Part shown: positions 1-12,891 of the stretch, in pieces
Numbering within the stretch: the first letter of the stretch is position 1
Layout of the letters: every line of letters begins with the position of its first letter
NCBI RefSeq assembly: GCF_006345805.1
Contig: NC_043018.1
Span: 27,900,001-27,964,000 of the forward strand
Direction: 5' to 3'
DNA length: 64,000 bases
Origin: Octopus sinensis
Lineage: Eukaryota
Position numbers and translations under genes: made by a program
Notes under the pieces: generated by a model
The model's database searches: none
Told to the model about the DNA's origin: nothing
What the model saw: the letters and a program-made list of their open reading frames with translations, nothing else

Positions 1-199
1 TATGCCGGATTTGAATGCGATCCATCACTTAGAGCCAGCCATTAGAAAAGTCTCATATCTGCAGAGTGAGATTTGTAGAAGTATGCCTCATTCTGATCTG
101 TGAAGCTTCATCATTTAAAAGGAGACTTTGAAATATTGGTAACACTATTGGTTGCTTGTTTAGTGAAATGTCAACTTTGAACAGACATATAAACTCTTG

Positions 200-556
200 C
201 TCTTTTACTCTTTTACTTGTTTCAGTCATTTGATTGCGGCCATGCTGGAGTACCGCCTTTAGTCGAGCAAATTGACCCCAGGGCTTATTCTTTGTAAGCC
301 TAGTACTTATTCTGTTGGGCTCTTTTGCCGAACCGCTAAGTTTTGGGGACGTAAACACACCAGCATCGGTTGTCAAGCGATGTTGGAGGACAAACACACA
401 CACACACACACACACAATATATATATATATATATATATATATACGACGGGCTTCTTTCAGTTTCCGTCTACCAAATCCACTCACAAAGCTTTGGTCGGCC
501 CGAGGCTATAATAGAAGACACTTGCCCAAGGTGCCACGCAGTGGGACTGAACCGGA
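200..556 (-). mobile_element. SINE family A (tRNA-headed, CORE-like middle, internal (TA)n/(CA)n), 5'-truncated
   Basis: Colinear with full-length copies at 25368-25839 and 39393-39826. The 3' tail reads GACTAAAGGCGGT-CTCCAGCATGGCCGC--TCAAATGACTGAAACAAG(TAAAAGAG)n on the minus strand. The 5' end of the head is missing. Confidence 0.9.
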
Positions 557-1311
557 AGTATACATGCACAGATACACAAATCTACCATCTCTCTATTTAT
601 CTATCTATATATCTGTCTATCTATCCATCTATCTGTACATCCATACATATATATCTACACACATAAATACATATATGCATACATATATGTACACACAGAC
701 ACACACACACATTTTCATACATCCGTACACAGAGATATACAAACGCGCACACACTGTTACTCGAGCAGTTATACCCTCACCCCTTAACCCGACTTACATT
801 GACACATGAGACAGCAGCAGGGCTAATAACGTAAAGGTAAGATGTCGTTGGTCGCAAGGGTGGGGGTGGCTGTTATAAATAGTTTTAACAACAACAACAA
901 CAGCACTACCAACAACAATACAACTGCCAGTCTCCTGTTGCTTAGCAATGTTATACAGATAAAAGGATTTTTCTGAAGGCACCAAACACAGCTAGATATA
1001 TTTATTTTAGTTTTCAGTTAAAAATTACACTCACCATGCTGTGTGCATGTACATACATACGTATATACATACAGACATACATACATACATACAATCAAAC
1101 ACTTCCATACATACATACATACACACATACACACACACATACATACTTTCATACATACATACATACTTACATTCATACATGCGTACATACACACACACAT
1201 ACATACGTACATAAAACGCATACACGTAAATATACATATGTATATATATATGTGTATATATTACGATAAATACATACATATATATGTATGTATATTCATA
1301 GACATATATAT

Positions 1312-1415
<104 letters not shown>

Positions 1416-1634
1416 TTGTCTGTCTGTCTATCTGCCTGTATATATATAAAATCATAAGTATATATCTACACACATTCCCGCACATACAAACACACACATA
1501 TATTAAAAATAAAAGAATATGGATAGCAATGTATGTGTGCGTACACAAACACACACACATATATAGGTAGATATATGTGTGTGTGAAACGAATGTATATG
1601 TGTATGTATTAGTTTAGCTCTATATACATATCTC

Positions 1635-1668
<34 letters not shown>

Positions 1669-1924
1669 CGCACCCTCCTCTCAAACAGAAACATGTGCAT
1701 ATATGTATATATCCTAAAACTTTTAAACAATATATTCGTTCTTTTGAAGTTGAGCGTTTGGATAAACCGGAAGTGGAGTTTGTTTTCAGAATAATAAACA
1801 TTGAGGCAATTAAAATAAAGTAAAACGAAACAAAACAAACACACAAGTAACAAAATGGCAAATTTCGATTAATGATTTGATACAGAATATCTGAAACACG
1901 GAGACTCAATAACGACATGAAGAT

Positions 1925-2040
1925 TTCTATAATAAACACAAGGTCCGATATGTTGTTGGAGGAGACATGTCTATCACCTCGACCCCAGCGATCGACTTGT
2001 TTCTTTAATTTGGTCGACCTCAAAAGGTTGTGAGTTCAAT
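1925..2040 (-). mobile_element. degraded SINE family B fragment
   Basis: Similar to the reverse complement of the B tail2/body (CACAAGG-CCGA, TCGACCCCAG, TCGACC). Confidence 0.45.
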
Positions 2041-2100
2041 ATCCACAACAACTACAATATCAACAATAATAACGTATATATTTACGACGACGGCATCTGC

Positions 2101-2396
2101 AATGGCCTAGTGGTTAGAACAGCGGACTCGCGATCGAGGGATCGCGGGTTCGAATCTCAGACCGAGCGATGTGTGTGTTTATGAGCGAAACACCTAAGCT
2201 CCACGCGGCTCTGGTAGACGGTAATGGCGAACTTCTGCTGACTCTTTTGCCACAACTTTCACTCGCTCTTTCCACCTGCATCTTGCAGCTCACCTGTGAT
2301 GGACCGGCGTCCCATCCAGGTGAGGAATCTATACGACAAGGAAACCAGGAAACCGGCCCTTATAAGCCAGGCGTGGCTCGAGAAGGAACAAACAAC
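2101..2396 (+). mobile_element. SINE family C, near full length, tRNA-derived
   Basis: A-box TGGCCTAGTGG at 2103-2113 and B-box GGTTCGAATCT at 2147-2157. The body is colinear with the copy at 36555-36859 and ends in AAC repeats. Confidence 0.9.
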
Positions 2397-2469
2397 ATTT
2401 ACAACGACGACATCTGCAATAGTGATGGCGAGAACAACATAAATTAGTATTGCTGCAATAAAAAAAGGA

Positions 2470-2788
2470 GCGCTCCGTCGGTTACGACGAGGGTGCCAGC
2501 TGATACGATCAACAGAACAGCTTGCTCGTGAAATGATCGTGCTGGTAGCTGAGCAATTCACAGACACGTGTACCCTTAACGTAGTTCTCAGGGAGATTCA
2601 TCGTGACACAGAGTGTGACAAGCATGGCTCTTTGAAATACAGGTACTACTCACTTTTGCCAGCTGAGTAGACTGGAGCAACGTGAAATAAAGTGTCTTGC
2701 TCAAGGACACAACGTGTCGCCGGGAATTGAACCCACGACCTTACAATCGTGAGCCGAACGCCCTAACCACTAAGCCACGTCTCTTCAC
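2470..2788 (-). mobile_element. SINE family D (tRNA head plus CORE-like TCCTTGAGCAAGACACTT domain)
   Basis: Minus strand gives A-box TGGCTTAGTGG and B-box GGTTCAATTCC, then TGTGTCCTTGAGCAAGACACTTT. Colinear with copies at 3256, 12063 and 46060. Confidence 0.9.
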
Positions 2789-3255
2789 TGCTATAATAAA
2801 GAACTGAAGAACAGCAGCAGTTGATACAGCAACTATATAAATGATGTTTTATTTCATTGAAACAGCTGTTGTGTACAGTTTAATGGTGAATTAGATGCGA
2901 ATTCTTTAGTCTTACATAAAATACATTACTACAAGATGGCTGCACAGGTTTCTTTTAAATCCTTCAGTCAAGGATAAAAAATAAAACTATTTTTTAAAAT
3001 GTAATCCTTTATTTATATCAAATTACAGGTAAATAACAAATATTGAGTAAATTTATAAAGAATTCAATATTTAATATGCTTAATTATTGACATGGATGAA
3101 TAAAAGTTTTGCTAACACAAGGTAAAAAAAATATCAATTTACATACATCTTTGAGATTTACGAGAATACGTATCTCTCTTCTATGACTTGTGCGCAAACA
3201 CTGAGTCACGTGGTCTTGGTTATACATGTGTTTTAGAGGTGTCCAATGTATAAGT

Positions 3256-3575
3256 GGCACTCCGTCGGTTACGACAGTTCCAGATGACCCGATCAACAGA
3301 AGAGTGTGCTCGTGAAATTAATGTGCAAGTGGCTGAGTACTCCACAGACACGTATACCTTTAACGTACATGTCAGAGAGATTCGGCATGACACAGAATGT
3401 AAGAAGGCTGGCCCATTTTCAAATACAGGTACTACTCATTTTTGCCACCGAAGTGGACCGGAGTAACGTGAAGTAAAGTGTCTTAATCAAGAACACAACG
3501 CGTCGCCGGGAATTGAAATCAGGACCTTACGATCGTGAGCCGCATCCTCTTAACCACTAAACCATGAACCTTCAC
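3256..3575 (-). mobile_element. SINE family D
   Basis: Colinear with 2470-2788 over its whole length. Confidence 0.88.
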
Positions 3576-4050
3576 TCTCATTCACACACGCACAAACACA
3601 CACACTCGCACACACACACATATATATATACCGTATAGATATATACTAGATATATGTGTGTGTGTGTATATAATATACAATATATATATATATGTGTATA
3701 TATATATAAACATACACAACTACATACTATATATATATATATTATATATATACATATATATACAGTAATATATATATATATAGATATACAATATATATAA
3801 TATACAGTGATATATATATTGTTGTATATGTATATATTATATAATATATGTATATTTTTGTATGTATATATATATATATATATATAAATTATATATATAG
3901 AGAGAGAAGATAGATCATAGAATCGATTATAGATAGATAGATAGATACATAGACAGATAAACATACACATACCTACATGTATCTTAACACGCACACAAAA
4001 TGCCATATCATTCATAGTCAGCTATGTAGCTATGTATGTACGCATGTATG

Positions 4051-4088
<38 letters not shown>

Positions 4089-4106
4089 TACATATATATA
4101 TAATAT

Positions 4107-4151
<45 letters not shown>

Positions 4152-4397
4152 ACACATACACACACACACATGCATGCATAGATGTGCTCATATCAGAATT
4201 TAGGTGAATATCATTTAAACATATTAATAGATTTAACACACTTTGTGGAAAGTAAATTATAATGTAAGGCAGTAAGTCGGAGAGCAAAAAAAAGAGAAAG
4301 GACAAGAATGGGGAGGGACGAAGGTGAGGAGAGAGGTGCAGTGTAGCTGGTGGGAAGAGTGGGAGGGGAAGGCGATATGAATATGTGTCTGTATATG

Positions 4398-4431
<34 letters not shown>

Positions 4432-4675
4432 TGTATGTATGTATGTATGTATGTATGTATGTGTTTATGTATGTATGTATGTATGTATGTATATGGAGGA
4501 TGGAGGAGGGGCAGGAGTGGGAAAGAGAAGGAAGTATGAAAAAGGGGAGTGAATGTCGAAAACAGAAGCCTTTAACTAAAGGGACAAACACACACACACA
4601 CACATACACACATATATTCTTGTGTGTATGTGTGTGTGAATATATATGTGTGTATGTGTATATATACTTACTTAT

Positions 4676-4727
<52 letters not shown>

Positions 4728-4775
4728 TTATATTTATATATGTACATTTTCACATACACCCCCCACACACACACG

Positions 4776-4809
<34 letters not shown>

Positions 4810-4910
4810 CATACATACATACCCACACACACGAATATGTGTGTGTGGATGCATACATGGACAGCTATTTATTCACATATATCTGTGCGTGTGTGGTTGT
4901 TTATATAAAC

Positions 4911-4956
<46 letters not shown>

Positions 4957-5109
4957 TGTATAACACTTGTGGAATCAAAGAAGTGTAGAAAGTTGGCGAT
5001 GACGGAAAATAATTGCCAAGAGGAAGCAGCACTAATTGAAAAATTGAAACTTAAAAGAGCAGAAAAAATACTTCCTCTGAAGTTTTGAATGGTTTAAGTT
5101 TTAGGGATT

Positions 5110-6270
5110 TAGTTGGCGGTGGGGTGCTACTGGTGGTTGCGTCAGTGGCGGTACTGGGGTACGGTACAGAGGTTCAGATATGTGTGATTGTTGCGTTGGT
5201 GATAGTTCTGTAAGTGGTTTATATATGTGGTTGTTGTATTGGTGGTTGTTATGTGTCGGGTGGTTGTTAAGTGTATGGCAGTTGTGTTGGCGGTAGCTGG
5301 CAGAAACGTTAGCACGCCGGGCGAAATGCGTAGCCGTATTTCGTCTGCCGTTAAGTTCTGAGTTCAAATTCCGCCGAGGTTGACTTTGCTTTTCATCCTT
5401 TCGGGGTCGATTAAATAAGTACCAGTTACGCACTGGGGTCAATATAGTCGACTTAATCCGTTTGTCTGTCCTTGTTTGTCCTTTCTGTGTTTAGCCCCTT
5501 GTGGGTAATAAAGAAATAGGTAGTTTTGTAAGTGGTTTATATGTTTGTGGCTGTTGTGTCGGTGGTTGTACCGAAGTAGTTACATATACGTGCTTTTTGT
5601 GTTGGTGATAGTGCTGTGTAATGGCGTATAAATGTGTGGTGATTGTGTTGGTGGTAGTGTATAGTGGTTGAAGGGTGTGTGGTGGTTGTGGTGTTGGTGG
5701 TTATATAGCAGTAGTTTAGATTTGCTTTGCGATTGTAGTAGTGTATAATAGCTTATTACATTGTGGTGGTTGTGATGGTGGTAGTATGCTGTGGTTAATG
5801 TGTGTGGTGTTTGTAGAGATGGTTGAAGTAAACTGTAGTGGTTTAAATTGTGTAGTGGTTGCGTTGGCGGTATCATATAAAATTTAAATAGATGTTGTCG
5901 TATTAGTGTTCGTGGTAATGCTGTATAGTGGTTTAGATGTGTGTGGTGGTTGTGTGGGTGGTAGTACCACATTTTTGTTTAGATTGTGTAGTGGTTGTGC
6001 TGGTTGTAGTGTATAAGAGTTAAATAGATGTTGTGGTTGTTGTATTCGTGGTAGTGCTGTATAGTGGCTTAGATGTATAGATGTGTGTGGTGGTGTTTGT
6101 GTTGGTGGTAGTACTACATTGTAGGTTAGATTGTGTGGTAGTTGTATTGGTAGTTGGATGCTGTGGTTTATAAAAGTGTAGTGATTGTGTTGGTTGTAGC
6201 ACTGTAGAAATGTGTGGTGGTTGTGTTGGTGGTAGTACACTGAAGTGGTTTAGATGTGTGTAATGGTTTC
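5110..6270. repeat. degenerate GT-rich minisatellite-like tract, interrupted by a SINE B
   Basis: Recurring blocks such as GTGGTTTAGATGTGTGTGGTGGTTGTG and GTAGTGCTGTATAGTGG. Confidence 0.7.
5289..5518 (+). mobile_element. SINE family B, full length with tail1
   Basis: Head GGCGG-AGCTGGCAGAAACGTTAGC, B-box GAGTTCAAATTCC, tail TTTAGCCCCTTGTGGGTAATAAAGAAATA. Confidence 0.9.
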
Positions 6271-6757
6271 TCATATCGGCACACCAACACATTTCTGGCA
6301 TTAGTGAGTCGCTTCGATAAATGATATATATATATTTTTTAATGAATTATTCAGACAAGGAAGGGCAACATCCGTGACCCTGCTTTTCTTTTTCTTTTCC
6401 TGGCGTCCGACGAGGCCCTTGTGGCAGCGAGAGAGAGAGAAAGGGAAGAAGGGAGAAGGAAAAGAAGTGAGGTCGGCGGGTAGCAGGGAGGGGTGAGATT
6501 TACAGGGGATGTTAGGAAGTTTCTTCTCAGACAGAAGACAATTGTATACCAGGGAAATAATGTTGAACGTGTGAACGTGTTGTAACTTTAACAGGCGTAC
6601 AGTTGTTTAATTGACGGCAACACCAAGAAGAACAACTAATGCATTAGCTATAACAACAAGAATAAGGGCAACAATAAAAACGACAACAACACAAAACAGG
6701 CCGATCGATCTGCTGGACATAGCAGCAAAGATCTTCCAACAACACATGAATGTTTTG

Positions 6758-6975
6758 CTCTTTTTACTCTTTTACTTGTTGCAGTCATTTGACTGTGGCC
6801 ATGCTGGAGCACTGCTTTTAGTCGAGCAAATCACCCCAGGACTTATTCTTTGTAAGCCTAGCACTTATTCTATCGTTCTCTTTTGCCGAACCGCTAAGTC
6901 ACGGGGACGTAAATACACAATCATCGGTTGTCAAGCGATATTGGGGAGAATAACACAGATACACAAACACACACA

Positions 6976-7010
<35 letters not shown>

Positions 7011-7180
7011 CATATAAACGACGGGCTTCTTTTAGTTTCCGTCTACTAAATCCACTCACAAGGCTTTGGTCGGCTCGAAGCTATAGTAGAAGACACTTGC
7101 CCAAGGTGCCACGCAGTGGGACTGAACCCGGAACCATGTGGTTTGTAAGCAAGCTACTTACCACACAGTCAATCCTACGC
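6758..7180 (-). mobile_element. SINE family A
   Basis: Full head, CORE-like middle, internal microsatellite and 3' tail. Confidence 0.92.
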
Positions 7181-7516
7181 TTTGTTTTTTTTTAAATAAA
7201 AGAGCACGTGAGATTGATGTCGTCTGAAATATGTAGTATTTGGTGGTGGTCAGAAAAGGAATGTTTTTAATCGCAAGTCTGTTCTGTTCGAATTAGGACC
7301 GACATACGATTAAGCAAGAACTGAAATTCTACAATAGCAATAGCAAGAACAAATACAACAACAATAACAATATTAAAAACAAAAAGCTGTACAATATACA
7401 TACGTATTCATGTATACTGTTCCCCTATCTATCTTTCTATATATCTACCTAACTATTGGTCTGTCTGTCTGTCTGCCTATCTGTCTGTCTGTCTATCTAT
7501 CTATACTATAATATAC

Positions 7517-7567
<51 letters not shown>

Positions 7568-7650
7568 TGGGTGGGTGTGAGTGTGTGTGTGTGTGTGTGT
7601 GCGTCTGTGCGTGTGTGTGTGTGTGTGATGTGTGCGTGTGTGTATATATA

Positions 7651-7854
7651 CTCTTTTACTCCTTTATTTGTTTCAGTCATTTGACTGCGGCCATGCTGCA
7701 GCACCGCCTTTAGTCGAGCAAATCGACCCCAGGATTTATTCATTGTAAGCCTAGTACTTATTCTAACCATCTTTTTTGCCCAACCGCTAAGTTACGAGGA
7801 TGTAAACACACCAGCATCGTTTGTCAAGCAATGCTAGGGACAAACACAGACACA

Positions 7855-7903
<49 letters not shown>

Positions 7904-8081
7904 GTATACACATATACGACGAGATTCTTTCAGTTTCCGTCTACCAAATCCACTCACAAGGCTTTGGTCGGCCCGAGGCTATAGTAGAAGACACTTGCCC
8001 AAGGTGCCACGCAGTGGGACTGAACCCGGAACTATGTGGTTGGTAAACAAGCTACTTACCACACAGCCACTCATGCGCCTA
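7651..8081 (-). mobile_element. SINE family A, full length
   Basis: Minus strand starts AGGCGCATGAGTGGCTGTGTGGTAAG. B-box-like GGGTTCAGTCCC and tail AGTAAAAGAG. Confidence 0.92.
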
Positions 8082-8147
8082 TATCTATAAATAATATATA
8101 TGTAAATATAAATAATATATATATATATATATATAAATTATGTATAT

Positions 8148-8262
<115 letters not shown>

Positions 8263-8585
8263 GCCTTCGGCATGTATATATATATATATATAATATATGT
8301 GTATGTGTGTGTATGTGCGTTATTCCCTGTGAGAAGATCTTCCTTGAGGATCTCATGGCGCTTATATCGTTGACAGACGAGAATCGTCTGCTACGGCCGA
8401 AAAGAATTTCCAGATAATGTGATTTCATCCTGCGTTAGGTTCCTCAGTGACAGATATCCAGCAACAACCTAGCAGGCGAATCATTCGTGTCGCAAATAGC
8501 TTGTAAGCTTATTAAAACGTAATTAATAGCGACAGTGGCAGTGATATTGCTAAAATGTAATCTTCATCGCCAACTTAACATTTGA

Positions 8586-8950
8586 AAACGACGACGCCGT
8601 GGTGATCTCATTCTCGCTCACAACATCATAAGCGGAAAGTGTAACTTCTCGAAAGAGCTGTTCTTCACTCCTGCTCCAGAACGTGGGCTGCTGGGTCACT
8701 CCGAAAATCTCTATCTACGACAATTTCATCTCAATCGAAGGAGAGGGGCTTCCTCCGTCCGGCTAGAGGATCCGTGGAATAAGCTGCCGGACAAGATAGT
8801 GAAGATGCCGACGACCGCTCGGTTCACAGTCTCTCTTGACCAGAAATGGCCTGAACTCTTTGTATGACCACCCTCCCTGTACATAACTCCCTGTCCCCCT
8901 ACATGGCCTCGCTTTTGCTTTTTGAGCCAATAACAATTGAATTGAATTGA
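8586..8950 (+). mobile_element. 3' end of a CR1/L2-type LINE (ORF2 C-terminus remnant plus 3' UTR)
   Basis: 8586-8867 translates KRRRRGDLILAHNIISGKCNFSKELFFTPAPERGLLGHSENLYLRQFHLNRRRGASSVRLEDPWNKLPDKIVKMPTTARFTVSLDQKWPELFV*. This matches the CR1-clade pattern RR-RGDL..RGH..WN-LP..F--LD. It is 5'-truncated and ends in an (AATTG)n-like tail at ~8933-8950. Confidence 0.85.
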
Positions 8951-9077
8951 AGGATAAAATGTTTTTCGTGAGCCATTGGTACATGAGGGGCCGGTTCCCT
9001 CTATATGAAATCAAGACATTGATAATGAAAATTATGACGATGACGATGATGGTGATAATTGAAAATAATCCTTTCAA

Positions 9078-9268
9078 CGTTAGGAACAAGATCCTGAAAT
9101 TAGGGAGAGGTTACATCGACCCTCGTGCTCAGCTGGTACTTATTTTATCGATTTGAAAAGGATGAAATGCTAGGTCGACCTCGGCGGAATTTGAACTCAG
9201 AACGTAGCAACGGGTGAAATACTACTAAGCATTTCGCCCAACTTGCTGACGATTCTGCCAGCTGACCG
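9078..9268 (-). mobile_element. SINE family B (tail2 type)
   Basis: GTCGACCTCGGCGGAATTTGAACTCAGAACG and CTAAGCATTTCGCCC on the plus strand. Confidence 0.85.
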
Positions 9269-9271
9269 TAT

Positions 9272-9353
9272 TAATAATAATAATAATAATAATGATAATA
9301 ATAATAATAATAATAATAATAATATAACAATAATAACAATAATAACAATAATG

Positions 9354-9421
<68 letters not shown>

Positions 9422-9595
9422 CATGATGATTCGAAGAAGAAGAAGTAGGAGGAGACGGTAGAGGAATATGAGGAATATGGTGCTGATGTCAGCGGTGTTA
9501 AGGTTGGTGGTTGTTGAAATGAGAAAAATTATTATGATGGTGACTATGATGGCGGCGAAGATGATGATGATGATAACGACGAGGACGACGATGAC

Positions 9596-9643
<48 letters not shown>

Positions 9644-9923
9644 TGGTGGTGATGATGAAGATGTATGTAATTATGAAGTCCTTAATTGAAAATATTAATT
9701 GTTGCACCAAATATGCGAATATGTGAAGAACAGCTTACGAGATGAGATGTTGTGTGTGTGTGTGTGTGTGTGTGTGTATTTTTGGATGTGTATGTGTGAG
9801 CGTATATGTGTGTTTGTGTGAGTATTTTTCTGTAGCGGGGTAGGTAAGGTTGTAGGCGATGAGGGCGATAGGAAGTGGCTTTGCTGTCAACGCCCGAGGT
9901 GATGTCGGCAAGGATGTACAGTA

Positions 9924-9956
<33 letters not shown>

Positions 9957-9969
9957 GTAATGACGATGT

Positions 9970-10007
<38 letters not shown>

Positions 10008-10110
10008 TTGATGATGATGATGATGATGAAGATAATGATGATGATGTCAATGATGCTGATGATGCTGTATGTAATTATGTGTGTAATTATGATGATGATG
10101 ATAATGAAAA
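9272..10110. repeat. compound microsatellites (AAT)n, (GAT)n, (GT)n
   Basis: Read directly from sequence. Confidence 0.95.
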
Positions 10111-10193
10111 GTGACGGGGAAGAAGAGACAAATATTTTATTAGAAACTGATACAATAAACATTTGTGTGTGTGAGTGTGTGTGTGTGTGTATG

Positions 10194-10263
<70 letters not shown>

Positions 10264-10292
10264 GCTCTGTACGTCTCTCTGTGTGTGTCTCC

Positions 10293-10344
<52 letters not shown>

Positions 10345-10939
10345 CACACATATATATATATATAGATATATATATAGATATAGAGGGTGAGAGAGAAGAG
10401 AGAGAAGGAAGAAGAGAGAGAGAAAGGGTGCAGGAGAGCGAGAATGAGAGAGTTAATTGGCAATGAATAGTACAGAGTAAACCATATTAATTTTAGTCTT
10501 GGTGTACAAACATATGGATTCCTAGCATGTATGTGCGTGTGTGTGTTTGCGCGCGTATGTGTCTGTATGCTTGTAAGTGCGTCTGTGTGTATGTGTCTGT
10601 GTGTGTTTTATCCACCTCGGTTTATCGTCATTTCTTTATAATCGCCATGTCGGTCGCACATGCGCGTTACACACACACACACACATGCACAAACGTACAA
10701 GCACACACATGCACACACACACGTACTCACACGTAGATGAACACAGATACACAAATATATCGAGACAATGTATGTAATATGTGTTGTAGACTTCAGTTTT
10801 CCGCTGGAAACTGATGATATGTAACGCTGTTACTCCGAGTTTCTCAGATGTGTTCGTCCGTTCAGTCAATAGACGCATCCAGCCAGAAAAAACGTACTCC
10901 TCCGCCTAAAAATAAGAAAAGAAAAAGAAAAAGAAAACG

Positions 10940-11155
10940 ACGTGGCTGTAAGGTAAGATGTGTGCTTCCCAGCCACATTGTTCAGGGTTCAGTCTCACTA
11001 AGTGGTACCTTGGTGATGTCTGTACTAGAGCCCCAGGCCCACCAAAGCTTTGTGGATAGATTTGGTAGACGGAAATTGAAAGAAGCTCGTCGTATATATG
11101 TATTTTCTTCTTTTTATATGTTTTAGCTTAAAGGCAGTGGCCACGCTGGAGCACC

Positions 11156-11159
<4 letters not shown>
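10940..11159 (+). mobile_element. degraded SINE A 5' half, followed by an inverted A-type 3' tail fragment
   Basis: Head and CORE-like part at 10940-11100. GGCCACGCTGGAGCACCGCC in the opposite orientation at ~11140-11158. Confidence 0.7.
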
Positions 11160-11190
<31 letters not shown>

Positions 11191-11217
11191 CAACTAATAC
11201 ATACTAATACATACTAA

Positions 11218-11415
11218 TACATACAACAACCCTATACATACACACGTCCAGACCTCTCATACGCCACTAATACTCTCTCATACACACACACACACACAGA
11301 CACACCACACACCCTTATACATACTAATACATACACCAACCCTATACATACACACGTCCAGACCTCTCATACGCACTAATACTCTCTCATACACACACAC
11401 ACACACACCCTTATG
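11218..11415. repeat. tandem duplication, two units of ~110 bp
   Basis: CCCTATACATACACACGTCCAGACCTCTCATACGC occurs twice. Confidence 0.85.
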
Positions 11416-11573
11416 TTGGAGCTGGTCACTAAACCCTATTATCTCCCCTATTTCGCTCTCGCGTCTCATGTTGATCTTTGACTTCTGGCCGAAATCAGAT
11501 CGCCATGTTGGTTCGTTAGTTACTGCACGCATTTTTTTCTCTCCTTCTTTCTGTGTTTTTTTCTCTCTGTCTA

Positions 11574-11611
11574 TCTTTCTGTTGAAGAGCGTAGGCTCGA
11601 AACGTTAAAGA
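11574..11611 (+). ncRNA. minimal type I hammerhead-like motif, probably in a Penelope-like terminal repeat
   Basis: TCTTT-CTGTTGA-A-GAGC-GTAG-GCTC-GAAA-CGT-T-AAAGA. It has a 5-bp stem I, a 4-bp stem II and a palindromic ACGT stem III. The core carries A6U and the cleavage triplet is GUU. Confidence 0.5.
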
Positions 11612-11708
11612 CTTGTTTTATTTATATTTCCTGAGCGCCATACTAATACAATTGTTTGTTTGTTTTCCACCTGCCTTCGTCTTTTGTCTATTTTCATAAA
11701 GCTTCCCG

Positions 11709-11745
<37 letters not shown>

Positions 11746-11746
11746 C

Positions 11747-11977
11747 TTAGTACTTATTCAAGCGATGGTGGGGTGACAGATACAGACACACGAACATATG
11801 CATACAGGTATATATATAAATATACGACGGGCTTCTTTCAGTTTCCGTCTACCAAATCCACTTACAGGTCTTTAGTCGGCCCGAAGTTAGAGCAGAGGAC
11901 GGTTGCCGAAGGTTTCATGCAGTGGGATCGAATCCGGAACCATGTGGTTGGGAAGCAAGCTTCTTACCACACAGCTA
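11747..11977 (-). mobile_element. SINE family A, internally deleted
   Basis: Head and CORE-like region are colinear with other A copies. Confidence 0.8.
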
Positions 11978-12062
11978 CTGATCACACAACCACTCCTATT
12001 ATACACACATACACACACACACGTATATGCGCGTGCAAACGCATACACATATATATGAATCT

Positions 12063-12365
12063 GGCACATCGTCGGTTACGACGATGATTGATGTAGTTTT
12101 TCCGAACAACGGAACAGCCATTTCGTGAAATGAACATGTAAGTGGCTGAGTATAGCGCAGACACGCGTAGCCTTAATTAGTGACCAAGGAGATTCAACAT
12201 CACAAACAATGTAGCAAGTCTGGCCCTTTTGAAGAACAGGTACAACACATTTTTGACAGCTGAGTGGAATGGAGGAACGCGAAATAACGTGAGATGCTCA
12301 AGAGCAGAGCGCAGTACCTGGATTCGAAACCACAACGTTATGACCGTGAGTCGGTAACCAAACGC
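12063..12365 (-). mobile_element. SINE family D, diverged
   Basis: Colinear with 2470-2788. Confidence 0.75.
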
Positions 12366-12380
12366 GCGTGCAAACCGGTG

Positions 12381-12891
12381 AAGGAGTGGTTGTATGATAG
12401 ATAGCTTGCTTACGAACCACATAGCACCTTGGGCAAGTGTCTTCTACTATAGCCTCGGGCCGACCAAAGACTTGTGAGTAAATTTGGTAGATGGAGACTG
12501 AAAGAAGCCCGTCGTATATATATATATATACCCAGGTGGTGCTATTAAGTTAGACATGGCCTGGGCCAATAATGGCCGAAATCTATCAAAGTATCAAAGT
12601 ATCAAAGTATATATATATATATATATATATAGTATATATATATATATATAAATATATAAATATATATATATTTGTATGTTTGTGTGTCTGTGTTTGTCCC
12701 CCCACCCCAACATCGCTTGACAACCGATGCTGGTGTGTTTACGGTCCCGTAACTTAGCAGTTCGGCAAAAGAAAACGATAGAATAAGTACTAGGCTTACA
12801 AAGAATAAGTCCTGGGGTCGATTTGCTCGACTAAAGGCGGTGCCCCAGCATGGTCACACTCAAATGACTGAAACAAGTAAAAGAGTAAAAG
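12381..12891 (+). mobile_element. SINE family A with a small insertion in its (TA)n tract
   Basis: CORE-like CACCTTGGGCAAGTGTCTTCTACTATAGCC and an intact 3' tail. Confidence 0.88.

Noticed and set aside
272-511. Recurrent peptides such as TPGLILCKPSTYS, RRASFSFRLPNPLT and TPVRNWYLFNRPRK that look like a gene family
   Set aside because: They are chance translations of non-coding SINE A and SINE B copies.
2101-2175. tRNA-like sequences at the SINE heads (also 36555, 40626, 2788, 62235)
   Set aside because: They have A and B boxes but no complete cloverleaf and continue into SINE bodies. They are not tRNA genes, and I do not assign an anticodon.
8410-8452. Minus-strand CUGAGGA...GAAA...AUC hammerhead-like match
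   Set aside because: Stem III is only 2 bp, stem II is bulged without a G-C closing pair, and stem I is marginal. Consistent with chance.
12531-12580. Small insertion in the (TA)n tract with CCCAGG/CCTGGG symmetry, vaguely mariner-end-like
   Set aside because: Too short and single-copy in this window to classify.
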